A stretch of 64,000 bases of DNA from the NCBI GenBank assembly GCA_963779755.1, contig CAVZZO010000001.1:1920001-1984000 (forward strand), written 5' to 3'. The translations under genes and the position numbers were made by a program. Shown here piece by piece: positions 42,041 through 52,227 of this stretch. Position 1 is the first letter of the stretch. Each line of letters starts with the position of its first letter. The notes under the pieces are model-generated. The model ran no database searches. It worked only from the letters and a program-made list of their open reading frames with translations, and was not told the origin of the DNA. This stretch comes from an uncultured Gemmatimonadales bacterium. Lineage in GTDB: Bacteria; Gemmatimonadota; Gemmatimonadetes; Gemmatimonadales; GWC2-71-9.

Positions 42041-44051
42041 CGATAACGGTACGGATCGCGTGTACGGCCCTGCCGGGAACCAGCTCGCCGGACAGCCGCA
42101 GGTAAGAGGCGGGAGCGCGCCGCGAATAGCCCGCACTGTACCAGCCGTCGAGGGCTTCCCAGCGTGCCGTGATGCCGTGGAGCGACGCCTGGCCGGTGAG
42201 GATCGCCCCTTGGCTCGCGACCCGCCAGGTCTCCGCAGTTACTTCCTGCACCGCCACGCCGGGCGCGAGCGGCAGCGTGAGGCAGATCGGCAGCCGGCTG
42301 GCGTGGCCCCGGCAGGGCTGGAGCAGGTCGAGCACGATCCAGCGGCGCGTCCCCGGACGGTGCGCGATGCGCCGGATGTGGCGGAGGTGAAACGGCGCCC
42401 GCTGATAGCCGGTATGGCTGCCCCGGAAGACCCAGGTGCCGCCCTGCTGCCGCAGCGCGCGGTCCACCGGCCGGGCATCGGGGATGAGTCGGAAGGCGCT
42501 GGTATCAGAATAGCGGTTCTGTTCAGCGTGCCCCACCGCCACCGTGCTGTGCATCAGGGTGGAGCGGAAGTGCTGCCGCGCAGCTACGTCGCGGGTGTAG
42601 ACCCAGGTTCCGGGATCGGCGATGACCTCGCGGCCGTCGTGGAACAGCGTAAAGCTCAGCTTGTCGTTGTGGGCGTGCCCGCCGCGTCCGTTCTGGCCGT
42701 TCCAGCCGCACACCGCCACCAGTTCGGTCGCGCCGTCCGACAACCGGGCGATGCCCGCCGCGGGCAGGAACAGCGCCGCCCGGCCGGGCCTCCCCGTGGG
42801 GCCATTTCCCCGAACGGCGGGACCCCGCAGCCAGACGGTCTCGGGCGTGTCTTCCCGCGGCTCTCGCCCGGCGGCGGGCCCGAACAGCGGCACCAGATAG
42901 CTGAAATCCCGGGGATCCCTGGAATGGAGCACGTGCAGCCGCGCGTCGTCCGAGTCGCCGATCTGCGGCGCCTGCCCGCGGGCGGTGGTCAGCACGTCCG
43001 CCGCCTCCAGCATGCGCTCGAGCCGCTCCCGGAAGCGGCCGCGGGGCGCCTCGCGGTCGGCCAGCGCAGGATAGGCCAGCAGCTCCAGCGCCAGCCGATG
43101 GTAGCCGGCGGAAGATTCGAACGAGAATCCGTCGTCCAGCGTCTGCAGGACGATTTCCCGTTCCGCCTCCCGGCGACCCAGGGCGGCCCAGCGGGCGGCG
43201 GGAGGATAGACCGGGGCGAGGTGCCCGAGATAGGCCAGTCCGGCGAGATCGGCGAGATAATGATTGGAGCGAATCCCGTCGCGGTTCTCCAGGTTACGGA
43301 CGATGAACCGTCCGTGCTCCACCAGGCTGCGAAAGAGCGGCTCGGCGAGCGCATCCGCCGCCGGCGCATCGCGGATCATGTCCCACGTCGCGATCCAGTT
43401 CGCCGCCCGGATAGCGACGTCCATGGTGCTGACCCACTGGATGCCGTACCCCACCGGATTGTCCGCGATGAAGGAGCGGACCTGCCGGGCGATGGTATCC
43501 GGGTAGGCGGGGTTGTGGCGGAGCCGCCATGCCTGGGCCAGGGTCAGCAGATGCAGGCAGCGGCCCAGTTCCCAGGGCACTTTGGGATCGAGGCCCGGCT
43601 CCCGCCCGATGGCCAGCCCGGCGGACGGGACCGCAGGATCCCAGCCGCCCTGCGCGAACCAGTCCCGGTGCCAGTCAGGGGTCCCGCCCGGCCCGGCGAT
43701 CCGCACGTCGCGGCCGAACAGGCAGACCCGGCCGGCGCACAGGGCATCCGCCGTTGCCACGATCTGGCCGGCGTGGTCGGGGAAGATCCGTTCCAGCACC
43801 GCGGCCGTCCCGGGGCGGGCGCCGTACCAACCCAGGCCGGCGGCCCCTTCGCGCCACCGCTGGAGGGCACCGCGGCCCAGGCGCTCCCGCAGCGCGGCCC
43901 ACTCGCGCTCGTCCAGGCCGGCCCGCACTCGGCGCCGATGGCTGGCGCCCGAGCGCTGCTCCAGCTCGCGCCGCACCTTACCGCGCAGCAGTTCCAGGGT
44001 CATGCCGGGCCCCAGCAGGCGGGCCTCGCGCCATCCCCGGCGCCAGTCCAT
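42021..44051 (-). CDS. Heparinase II/III family protein
   Basis: KVPWELGR, NHYLAD, ESSAGYH, GHAHND, HST. Confidence 0.9.
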   Translation of the reverse strand: MDWRRGWREARLLGPGMTLELLRGKVRRELEQRSGASHRRRVRAGLDEREWAALRERLGRGALQRWREGAAGLGWYGARPGTAAVLERIFPDHAGQIVATADALCAGRVCLFGRDVRIAGPGGTPDWHRDWFAQGGWDPAVPSAGLAIGREPGLDPKVPWELGRCLHLLTLAQAWRLRHNPAYPDTIARQVRSFIADNPVGYGIQWVSTMDVAIRAANWIATWDMIRDAPAADALAEPLFRSLVEHGRFIVRNLENRDGIRSNHYLADLAGLAYLGHLAPVYPPAARWAALGRREAEREIVLQTLDDGFSFESSAGYHRLALELLAYPALADREAPRGRFRERLERMLEAADVLTTARGQAPQIGDSDDARLHVLHSRDPRDFSYLVPLFGPAAGREPREDTPETVWLRGPAVRGNGPTGRPGRAALFLPAAGIARLSDGATELVAVCGWNGQNGRGGHAHNDKLSFTLFHDGREVIADPGTWVYTRDVAARQHFRSTLMHSTVAVGHAEQNRYSDTSAFRLIPDARPVDRALRQQGGTWVFRGSHTGYQRAPFHLRHIRRIAHRPGTRRWIVLDLLQPCRGHASRLPICLTLPLAPGVAVQEVTAETWRVASQGAILTGQASLHGITARWEALDGWYSAGYSRRAPASYLRLSGELVPGRAVHAIRTVIDVGTRS

Positions 44052-45376
44052 CAGGATTCCGCCCCGCCGGCCGGGGCGGCGTGCCGGACCAGATACCATC
44101 CGGTGCCCGCCACGCCCAGGGCCAGCAGCGTGAAGGAAATGAACGACGCGAGCCCCGCGCCTTCCAGCCCCATGCGGGGGAGCAGGAACAGCGTGGCGGT
44201 GATCTTGACGACCGCCGCGCCGACGGTGAGGGTGGCGATGACCCCGGTACGGCGCAGCAAGGCGTGCAGGTTGGCCAGCACCTGCACCGAGGCGTTGGCG
44301 GCGGCTCCCCATGCGATCCACCGGAGGGCCGGGGCGGCCGCGGCATACTGCGGGCCGGTCACCAGCCGGATCAGCGGGTCGGCCGCGAGGGTAAGCGCGG
44401 TGGCGGCCAGCAATACCAGCACCAGCGTGCCGCGATGAAACCGGGACACCAGCCGGGCGGCGGCGCCGATGCCCGAGCGCGCCTGGCGCTGGAACACCAT
44501 GGGGGGAAGGAGCGCGCCCAGCGGCACCACGATGAGCAGATTGGTGACGCCGCCCAGCCGGGCCGCCACGCCATACAACCCGGTGGATTCCAGGCCCAGG
44601 ATGCTGTTCACCAGATACCGGTCCACCAGGCCGAGTCCCCATCCGCTTACGTTGACCGCCACCAGCGGCAGGCCGTAGGCCAGCGCGGGGCGGAGGAACC
44701 GTTGCCAGTCCGCGGGCAGGCGGGGTCGGTCGCGCCGCACCAGCAGCCCCACCGTGGTTCCGCCCAGGGCGGCGCCCAGGCTGGCGAGTACGAAGCCGCG
44801 GATGCCCAGATGATGCACCACCAGGAGCAGCACCGCCAGCAGCGCGAGCAGCCCGCTCTGAACCGCCGCGAGCGAGGCGAAGCGTGCCGCATTGCCCGAA
44901 GCGCGCGCCGCCGCCTGCTGCAGGGCGAAGATGTTCTGGGCGACAAAATAGGCCAGGGCCAGCGCGACGATCTCGCCGCTGCGGCTGCCCAGGACAAAAT
45001 CCGAGAGGCCCGGCACCAGCCACATGGTGGCCATCAGCAGGGCGGCCGCACCCAGGCTGACCAGGCCGACCAGCGCGGTGATGGCGCCGATCATCCGTCG
45101 CCGGTCCGACTCGTCCCGGTAATCGTAATATTCGCGCACCAGCGCCGAGTTGAGCCCCAGCAGGGTGACGGCCGAAAAAAGGCTGTAGGCCGCCGTGATC
45201 AGGGTGAGCGAGCCGAACCCCGCCAGCGACAGCGTACGGGCATAGACCGGCAGCAGCACGAACCCCATGGCCGTGGGCCCGACGGCGCCGGCCCCATAGA
45301 GGCCGGCCCGCAGGAGATAGCGAGGCTGCAGCCAGGCCGGCCGGGGGCGGGGTGCAGAGGTGGTGGTATTATTCAC
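44051..45376 (-). CDS. wzx: Wzx-type polysaccharide flippase
   Basis: About 12 TM helices; LLPVYAR, DRYLV, GLY. Confidence 0.85.
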   Translation of the reverse strand: MNNTTTSAPRPRPAWLQPRYLLRAGLYGAGAVGPTAMGFVLLPVYARTLSLAGFGSLTLITAAYSLFSAVTLLGLNSALVREYYDYRDESDRRRMIGAITALVGLVSLGAAALLMATMWLVPGLSDFVLGSRSGEIVALALAYFVAQNIFALQQAAARASGNAARFASLAAVQSGLLALLAVLLLVVHHLGIRGFVLASLGAALGGTTVGLLVRRDRPRLPADWQRFLRPALAYGLPLVAVNVSGWGLGLVDRYLVNSILGLESTGLYGVAARLGGVTNLLIVVPLGALLPPMVFQRQARSGIGAAARLVSRFHRGTLVLVLLAATALTLAADPLIRLVTGPQYAAAAPALRWIAWGAAANASVQVLANLHALLRRTGVIATLTVGAAVVKITATLFLLPRMGLEGAGLASFISFTLLALGVAGTGWYLVRHAAPAGGAES

Positions 45377-45407
45377 CGCGGCTGTCCCTCATCCGTCCGC
45401 GAGCCAC

Positions 45408-46631
45408 ATGATGCCATCTGCCGGAGCCGTTGCCGAGCCATCCGTCTGCCTGGTGGGCGACCTCCCGCCGCCGCCGGGCGGGGTGGCCACCTACTGCCGC
45501 GCGCTGGCGGAGGAACTGGCGCATCGGGCGTGGGCGGTGCATCTGGTGGATACCTCGGGCGGCCGCGGCAAGTCGCTGCCCGCGGGCCTGCGGCGCTACG
45601 ATGCCATCACCCCGCTGGGCAGCCTGCTCTGGAGCATTCCCGGCGGCATCCCGGCGGGGCTGCACCCGGCAGCCTTTCGCGATCGGGTGCGCTTCCGCGC
45701 GCTGCGCGGCCGGCTGCGTGCGCTGTTGCGGCAGACCCCGTCTCAGCTGGTTCATGCCAACCACGCCGGGATCCGCAGCTGGGCGGCGCTCTGCGCATCG
45801 CGCTCGGCCGGCGTGCCGTTCGTCCTCACCATCCACGGGGCCGAGTTTTCGGCGGAGGCACTGGCACCGCTCCGTCCAGCCGCCGTGGCTCTGTGCCGGG
45901 CGGCCGATGCGATCATTGCCAACTCGGCGTTCACGGCCGGCGCCGCGCGCGCCTGCGGAGTCGACGCGCCGATCGAGATCATCCCCCTCGGCGTGGATAC
46001 CCGGCGCTTCCATCCCGGCCCGGTGCCCGAGCCCTTTCTGCAGCGCTACCGGATCGACCCCGCACGCCGGCGGATCCTCTTCGGCGGGTGGATCTCCCGC
46101 AACAAGGGGCCCGACGTGCTGCTGGCGGCGCTGCGCCTGCTGCCGCCGGCGGAGCGCGACGGGGTCGAGTGTCTCTTCGTCGGTCCGGATCGCGGATGGG
46201 GTGCGGAGCTGCGCTCGCAGATCGCCTCGTCCGGCCTGGACGGCGTGCGTCTGCTCGAGCCGGAGCGGCCGGAGGATTTCCCGCTGTTCTACCGGACGGC
46301 GGATGTCTTCGTTCTTCCTACCCGCGAGTACGAAGGGTTCGGCCTCGCGGCGCTGGAGGCGCTGGCCTCGGGTTGTGCCGTAGTGGCCTCGGATCTGGGT
46401 GGAATCCCCGAGGCGGTGGCGGGGAATACGGCCGCCCGGCTGGTGCCGCCCGGCGATGCCTCCGCTCTGGCCGGCGAGCTCCGGAGGCTGCTGGCCGACC
46501 GCGAGGCCCTCGCGGCATTGCGCGAGCGGGCGGCGGTTGAGGCGGCCGAACGCACCTGGGCGCGGGTGGCGGCGCATACCGAGGTGGTCTATCGGCGGCT
46601 GCTGGATGCTCCCTCCCGGCGCGCCCGATAG
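45408..46631 (+). CDS. GT4 glycosyltransferase
   Basis: PPGGVA, EGFGLAALEALASG, GGIPE. Confidence 0.92.
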   Translation: MMPSAGAVAEPSVCLVGDLPPPPGGVATYCRALAEELAHRAWAVHLVDTSGGRGKSLPAGLRRYDAITPLGSLLWSIPGGIPAGLHPAAFRDRVRFRALRGRLRALLRQTPSQLVHANHAGIRSWAALCASRSAGVPFVLTIHGAEFSAEALAPLRPAAVALCRAADAIIANSAFTAGAARACGVDAPIEIIPLGVDTRRFHPGPVPEPFLQRYRIDPARRRILFGGWISRNKGPDVLLAALRLLPPAERDGVECLFVGPDRGWGAELRSQIASSGLDGVRLLEPERPEDFPLFYRTADVFVLPTREYEGFGLAALEALASGCAVVASDLGGIPEAVAGNTAARLVPPGDASALAGELRRLLADREALAALRERAAVEAAERTWARVAAHTEVVYRRLLDAPSRRAR

Positions 46632-46645
46632 CGCGCGCGGCGGCA

Positions 46646-47683
46646 TCAGGGCCGGGGCAGCCGGCCGAACAGCCGGGCCTGCGCCGAGGCGTGCAACCGG
46701 CGCAGCAGGGGTGAGGCGGTTCCGTCCAGCGGCTGGCTGATGGTCCGGAGCAGGGCCAGCGCCGTTCCAATGAAGGCGGACAGCACGGCCGTCAGGATGA
46801 CCGTGGCCCGACGCTTGGGCCAGCTGGGGCGCACCGGCAGGGAGGCGGGCTCCAGCACGGTGATGAGCGGTGTGCTGTTCACTTCTTCCAGCCGGGCATT
46901 GTCGAACTCGTGGCGCAGTCCGTCGGTGACCTCCTGCCGGCTGTCCACCCGGTGGGAGAGCCGCTGGTAGGTGAACGACAGCTCGGGGGAAGAGTAGACC
47001 TTGTTGCGCTTCAGGAACTCCTGCAGCGTGTCCTCCGCGGACCGGACCTCCTGTTCCGCCTCGGTCAATCGGGATTCCAGAAACTGCCGTTTGACGTGCG
47101 CCCGGGTTTGCCGGGTTTCGATGTTGTAGGTATTGACCGACTGCACCAGGGAATCGGTCAGCTCCTGCGCCAGAGCGGGGCAGGCGGCTTCGAGGACCAC
47201 CGTGACCACGCCGGTGTGCAGGTCCACGCCGGCGGACACCAGGTCGTTCAGCCGCTTGCGTCCCCGGAAGAGCGAGTCGGCGGGAGACCGGCCGCCGGCA
47301 TCCAGGAGTTCCAGGACCGTGGCGGCAGGCCGGCCGCAGGTCTCGCTGGGGCGGATGCGCAGCAGATGATCGAACACCGGCCGCGACTGGAGCAGCCGGA
47401 TATAGAAGGCCGGCGACTCGGCGCTGGCGCTCTTGAGGTTGAGCTGGCTGATGAGTCCCAGCACGGCCGAGGGCAGATTGATCCCCTCGCCCGCCTCGGG
47501 CACGAACGACGATTCCGACTGATAGCGCCGGGGTGTCAGCAGCACCACGATAACGGCGATGATCGTGGCGGCAATGGGAATGCCGAAGGCCAGCAGCGGC
47601 TGGCGCCGGGCGCCCTCCCAGGCGGCGGCAACCGTGCCGCTCAGGGAGGACAGCACGCCTTCGGGGCGGCGGTCGTCGGGCAT
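46646..47683 (-). CDS. Wzz/GNVR polysaccharide co-polymerase (no kinase domain)
   Basis: Two TM helices flanking a coiled coil; PRRY and P.RPSWPKR motifs. Confidence 0.85.
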   Translation of the reverse strand: MPDDRRPEGVLSSLSGTVAAAWEGARRQPLLAFGIPIAATIIAVIVVLLTPRRYQSESSFVPEAGEGINLPSAVLGLISQLNLKSASAESPAFYIRLLQSRPVFDHLLRIRPSETCGRPAATVLELLDAGGRSPADSLFRGRKRLNDLVSAGVDLHTGVVTVVLEAACPALAQELTDSLVQSVNTYNIETRQTRAHVKRQFLESRLTEAEQEVRSAEDTLQEFLKRNKVYSSPELSFTYQRLSHRVDSRQEVTDGLRHEFDNARLEEVNSTPLITVLEPASLPVRPSWPKRRATVILTAVLSAFIGTALALLRTISQPLDGTASPLLRRLHASAQARLFGRLPRP

Positions 47684-47735
47684 TGCATCCGGGTGTTGTG
47701 GCAAGGTACAGGAAACTCGCTGCCAACGGCCCGGT

Positions 47736-48569
47736 TCACAAGCCTTCCCGCCGGAAGATTCCCAGGCGCATGTCGGCGCAGCGCGAGGCGTAGCGGGCGT
47801 GGAGGCGAGCCGCCGGCCCCTCACCGCGGCAGAGCAGGTAATCGTCGCTCCGCAACACCGGCGCTCCCGCCTGCGCCAGGGTTCGCTCCAGCCGGTCCCA
47901 CTCGATATGATCGTCGGGCCAGACGTGCAGGTCGCCGTCGGGCTGATAGCGCGGGTTGGTGAGACGGCGGAGCCGGAGCATCCAGCGCGCCGGCGACGCC
48001 AGACGCCGGAGCCGCCCGGCCGAGCCTCCCCGGGCCTGGAACTGGAGCCCGGTCAGCTCGCGCCGGTAGGCCTGCAGGTCAGGGCCGGGGGCCCAGTATG
48101 CCGGCCCCGCTTCGTGGTCGAGAAACAGCACCCCACCCGGCCGGAGTACCCGGACCATGTCGCGCGCGGCGGCAAGGTAGTCGGGAACGTGGTGCAGGAC
48201 CGAGTAGGCGCCCAGGAAGTCAAAGGCCTGGTCCGGCAGGCCGGCGAGATCGATACCGTTGAGAACGAAGCGCCGCTCCGCCGGCAGGCCCAGCCGGTCG
48301 CCGACCGCGGCGACCGAGCGTGGGGACACATCCGCCACCGTGACCTGGGCTCCCAGCGCCGCGAGCTGCTCGGCCAGGTTGCCGTCGCCGGTGCCGAAAT
48401 CGAGGCTGCGGGGCCGCTCGGAGCCGGTGGCGGCCAGCGCACCGGCCAGCGCCTTCCTCAGCCGGTGCTGCTCGACCTCGTTGTAGATCTCGGGATGGCG
48501 GGAGCGATAGGTGGCGACGCCCCGATCGTGCGCCGAGATGTTGTGCTGAATCCTGGCATCGCGGCGCAC
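47736..48569 (-). CDS. Class I SAM-dependent methyltransferase
   Basis: LDFGTGDG, SVLHH, VLRPGG; start approximate. Confidence 0.85.
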   Translation of the reverse strand: MRRDARIQHNISAHDRGVATYRSRHPEIYNEVEQHRLRKALAGALAATGSERPRSLDFGTGDGNLAEQLAALGAQVTVADVSPRSVAAVGDRLGLPAERRFVLNGIDLAGLPDQAFDFLGAYSVLHHVPDYLAAARDMVRVLRPGGVLFLDHEAGPAYWAPGPDLQAYRRELTGLQFQARGGSAGRLRRLASPARWMLRLRRLTNPRYQPDGDLHVWPDDHIEWDRLERTLAQAGAPVLRSDDYLLCRGEGPAARLHARYASRCADMRLGIFRREGL

Positions 48570-48579
48570 GGGGACTCTG

Positions 48580-49080
48580 CTACTTCGCGGCCGTGCTGTC
48601 GCCGCCTGCCGCGGGCGGCGCGTTATCGCTGTTCCAGATGTCGGTAGCGGCATGCCACTCGCCGTTATCGCCCTTGACCCAGACCACCACATACTTGCCG
48701 TTGTCCTTCATCGGCTGCGGCCCGCCCGCGGAAAGTGTCCAGGTGCCCCGCTCGGCGGCCATGTCGCCGGAGCCGGCGACCTGGATGTCACCGGGAGTAA
48801 TCACCAGCTTCACATCGGGCAGCTGCCACAGGCCGGCCCAGAAGGCCCGGATACTGGCTGCGCCGCTCTGGCTCGGTTGGTTGGGCGGCATCAGGACGCC
48901 GTCGGCCGTGTAGAGCGCGGCGATCCCCGAGTCGTTCCGGGCGACGATCATCTGGTTCCAGCTCTGGTCCCGGTCGCGGATCGCCTGCTGGACGGCGGCG
49001 GTATCGACCGTCGGCCGGGGCTGCCCGCAGGCGGCGAGCAGCGCGAGCGCTGCTGCCCCGGCAAGGCGCGGGATACGCAT
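48580..49080 (-). CDS. NTF2-like (DUF4440/YybH) lipoprotein
   Basis: Lipobox LAAC; YTADG, GKYVVVW, DIWNSD. Confidence 0.88.
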   Translation of the reverse strand: MRIPRLAGAAALALLAACGQPRPTVDTAAVQQAIRDRDQSWNQMIVARNDSGIAALYTADGVLMPPNQPSQSGAASIRAFWAGLWQLPDVKLVITPGDIQVAGSGDMAAERGTWTLSAGGPQPMKDNGKYVVVWVKGDNGEWHAATDIWNSDNAPPAAGGDSTAAK

Positions 49081-49137
49081 GGGATTGCTCCTGGGAAAGG
49101 GGTGAGGCGGAATAGTCGGCCCCATCCCGGCGGAGTG

Positions 49138-50814
49138 TCAAGCCGTGCCGTCGGGGCAGGCCGGCGCCGCCGCCCAGGCCTGCGCTGCGGCAAGAAAGGC
49201 GGCCAACGCTTCCCCGTCGCCGGCCTTCACGGCCTCGGTCAGCGCCCGCAGCACGTCCTGCAACGCCTGCAGGGCTGTCGCATCGGCCACCCGGTTGCTG
49301 CGCACCGCGCCGGCCCACAGCAGGGGGGAGCTCAGCGCCAGCCGCGTGGTGTCGCGGCCGCCCGGCCCCAGGGACGCCCGCGGCGTCCCCGCCTGCCGCA
49401 GGGCGAGCGCCAGGGCGGAAGCCAGCAACTGGGGCAGATGGCTGGTCCAGGCCATCTCCGCGTCGTGCTGCTCCGCCTTCATGCGCCGGCAGCGCGCCCC
49501 GAGGGCCAGCCACAGGCGCTCGGCCGAGGCAATACTGTGGGCGGCGCTCTGCGGGCCGGGGCAGATATAGACCGTCGCATTCTGAAAGAGTCCCAGCCGC
49601 GAGGCCTCCCAGCCCGAGCGGTGATCGCCGGCCAACGGGTGTGTCCCGACGAAATTGCCCAGGCCCAGCCGGGCGGCGGTCGCGACGATCTCCTGCTTGG
49701 TGCCCCCGACATCGACCACGGTATCGTAAATGCCGGTCCGGGAGGCATTGGCCTGGAGCCAGGCGGGGGCCGCCTCCGGCGGGATGGCGAGGATGAGCAT
49801 CTCGGCGCGGGCGTCCGGCTCGTCGCAGGTGATGATGCCCTCGGCCCGGGCCTGTTGCAGGGTCCCGGCATCGGCGTCTTCGCCCTGCACCCGGCAGCCG
49901 CGAGCCGCCAGCTCGCGGGCGATGGAACCTCCGATGAGGCCCAGCCCGACGATCCGCGCCGTCTCGAAAGGCCGCTCGGGCCGGCTGCCCCCGCTTCGGC
50001 CGAACCGGCCCAGCAGCCGGAGCGAGGTCGCCACGCGGTGCGCCCGCTCGACGGCCCGGTCCCAGGAGGCCTCATCGACGTTGGTATCCAGCTCGAGAAT
50101 GAAGCGGTAGGTCCAACGCTCCCGGGCCGGGCGCGCCTCCAGTCTGGCGAGATTGATCCCGGCATCGGCGAAGGGCAGCAGCAACGCCGCGAGTGCACCG
50201 GGGTGGTTGGCCGTCTCGGCCAGGAGTACGGCGCGGCCGGTGCTCGCGGAGCGAAGGGGAGCGGAGCCCGGTGGCCCGACCAGGTAGAAGCGGGTTTCGT
50301 TGTCGGAGCGGTCCTGGACCTCTTCCGCCAGCAGCGTGAGTCCATAGTGCCGGGCGGCTTTGCGGCCGGCCAGCGCCGCCAGCGTCCGGTCGCCCGATTC
50401 CGCGACGAGGCGCGCGGCGCCGGCCGTATCGGCTACGGCCTGTGCCAGGATGGCGGGGTGGCGCGCAAGAAACCGGGTACACTGACTCAGGGCGACGGGA
50501 TGCGAAAGGATACGGCGGAGGCCCGGCCATTCCGTACCGGGGAGCGCCGCGAGGCAAAGGGGGATGCGATGCGTGAACTCATCCAGAATGACCAGATCCC
50601 CGCCGGCAAGCAGATCGTAGACGTCGGCGATGCCGCCGGCGGTCGAGTTCTCCACCGGCAGGAGCCCGTACTCGGCTCCGCCGGAGAGCACCGTTCGCGC
50701 CACGGCGCCAAAGTCGGGGCAGGGCAGGGCCGTGGCCGAAGGCGCGGCGCCGAGAATCGCCTCCTCGCTGAACGCACCCGGTTCGCCCTGGTAGGCGATG
50801 CGTACCGCGCTCAC
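49138..50814 (-). CDS. Fused prephenate dehydratase-ACT / prephenate dehydrogenase (PheA-TyrA fusion)
   Basis: N-half: YQGEPGAFSE, PVENS, SHP, NETRF, ACT. C-half: GLGLIGGS, HPLAG, HD, SHLP, DTTRLA. Confidence 0.88.
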   Translation of the reverse strand: MSAVRIAYQGEPGAFSEEAILGAAPSATALPCPDFGAVARTVLSGGAEYGLLPVENSTAGGIADVYDLLAGGDLVILDEFTHRIPLCLAALPGTEWPGLRRILSHPVALSQCTRFLARHPAILAQAVADTAGAARLVAESGDRTLAALAGRKAARHYGLTLLAEEVQDRSDNETRFYLVGPPGSAPLRSASTGRAVLLAETANHPGALAALLLPFADAGINLARLEARPARERWTYRFILELDTNVDEASWDRAVERAHRVATSLRLLGRFGRSGGSRPERPFETARIVGLGLIGGSIARELAARGCRVQGEDADAGTLQQARAEGIITCDEPDARAEMLILAIPPEAAPAWLQANASRTGIYDTVVDVGGTKQEIVATAARLGLGNFVGTHPLAGDHRSGWEASRLGLFQNATVYICPGPQSAAHSIASAERLWLALGARCRRMKAEQHDAEMAWTSHLPQLLASALALALRQAGTPRASLGPGGRDTTRLALSSPLLWAGAVRSNRVADATALQALQDVLRALTEAVKAGDGEALAAFLAAAQAWAAAPACPDGTA

Positions 50815-51110
50815 GCCTCTTCCACCTGGACCCCGCGGCACAGGCCGATCACCTGCCAGAGGAGCTGGCGCACCTCCTCCACCGGGAGGCCGGATTCCCG
50901 GGCAAAGACCGCCGCCCGCCGGACCACCGCCGCCTCCTGGGCCGGATCCACCAGGGGGAGCCGGGCGTTGCGCTTGATCTCCCCCGCCTCACGGGCCAGC
51001 GACATGCGTTCGGCGAGGAGCGTGAGCATCTGCCGGTCCAGTTCTTCGATCTCCACCCGCAGCTGCTCCAGGAGCTGCTGCGGCGCGGCACCGCTGCACC
51101 TGGTCGTCAT
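50811..51110 (-). CDS. Chorismate mutase (AroQ)
   Basis: LEQLRVEIEELD, LAER, GEIK, DPAQE; ATGA/GTGA overlaps. Confidence 0.88.
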   Translation of the reverse strand: MTTRCSGAAPQQLLEQLRVEIEELDRQMLTLLAERMSLAREAGEIKRNARLPLVDPAQEAAVVRRAAVFARESGLPVEEVRQLLWQVIGLCRGVQVEEA

Positions 51111-52153
51111 GCGGCCTCCCCGGCCTCGCAGGCCGGCAGGGGATCCAGGGTGCGGCCGGCCGCCTCGGCGATGAGCCGGACCCGGCGCATGCACGCGGCG
51201 AACTCGACCAGCGACAGCGACTGGTCGCCGTCGCTCCGCGCCTGGCTGGGATCGGGATGGACTTCGATGAGGAGCCCGTCCGCCCCGGCGGCCACCGCGG
51301 CGCAGGCGAGCGGCGGGACCAACGCAGCCCGTCCGGCGGCGTGGCTGGGATCGACCAGCACCGGGAGGTGAGTTTCGCGCTTCAGGACGGGAACGGCGGC
51401 AATATCCAGCGTGTTGCGGGTGGACGTCTCGAAGGTGCGGATGCCCCGTTCGCAGAGGACCACGTCCGGGTTGCCCCGGGCCAGCACGTGCTCGGCGGCG
51501 TGCAGCAGCTCGGTGATCGTGGCACCCATGCCGCGCTTCAGGAGCACCGGCCGGCGGATACGGCCGGCCTCCGCCAGGAGAGTGTAGTTCTGCATGTTGC
51601 GCGCGCCGATCTGGATCATGTCGGCCACCTCGGCGACCTGCTCCATCCGGCGCGGGTCCATCACTTCGGTGACCACCGGCAAGCCGCTGGCCCGGCGCGC
51701 CTCGGCGAGGAGGGGGAGCGCGTCCTCGCCCAGGCCGGCGAAGGAATAGGGGGAGGTGCGGGGCTTGAAGGCCCCGCCGCGCAGCAGGGTGGCCCCCGCT
51801 GCCCGCACCGCGCGCGCCGACTGGAGCAGCATGTCGGCCCCTTCCACCGAGCAGGGGCCGGCAATCACCGCCACCTCGCGGCCGCCGATGCGGGCCGGCC
51901 CCACCCGGACGACGGTGGGCTCGCCGGTGCCGAGCGCCGCCAGCGGACAGGACACCGGGAGGGGCAGGGCGGCCTCCACCAGCGGATGCGCTCGGAGCAG
52001 ATCCGGATCGACCGGGCCGGTTTCGGGGATGCAGCGGAGCAGGGCGCCGTGCTCGCCGCGGGAGCATCGGGTGCGGGCGCCGCGGGATTCGATTAACTCA
52101 CGCAGCTGATCGAGCTGCTGCTCGGTGGCGCCGCGACGAACCAGAATGAGCAT
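51107..52153 (-). CDS. aroF: DAHP synthase type I-beta with N-terminal ACT-like domain
   Basis: IAGPCSVE, GGAFKPRTSPYSF, IGARNMQN, CERGIRTFE, DPSH; GGAGG SD before ATG 52153. Confidence 0.95.
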   Translation of the reverse strand: MLILVRRGATEQQLDQLRELIESRGARTRCSRGEHGALLRCIPETGPVDPDLLRAHPLVEAALPLPVSCPLAALGTGEPTVVRVGPARIGGREVAVIAGPCSVEGADMLLQSARAVRAAGATLLRGGAFKPRTSPYSFAGLGEDALPLLAEARRASGLPVVTEVMDPRRMEQVAEVADMIQIGARNMQNYTLLAEAGRIRRPVLLKRGMGATITELLHAAEHVLARGNPDVVLCERGIRTFETSTRNTLDIAAVPVLKRETHLPVLVDPSHAAGRAALVPPLACAAVAAGADGLLIEVHPDPSQARSDGDQSLSLVEFAACMRRVRLIAEAAGRTLDPLPACEAGEAA

Positions 52154-52173
52154 ACCGTACCTCCGGGGGGGAC

Positions 52174-52205
52174 AAAAAAAGCGGCCCGTGAATTTCACGG
52201 GCCGC
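52174..52205 (-). terminator. Intrinsic terminator of the aroF attenuator
   Basis: GCGGCCCGTGAAATTCACGGGCCGC followed by T7 on the minus strand. Confidence 0.92.
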
Positions 52206-52227
52206 CGTCTTCGGAAACGCAGGGTCG

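Noticed and set aside
50811..52067. DAHP synthase-chorismate mutase fusion
   Set aside because: Different frames joined by an ATGA overlap, so two genes
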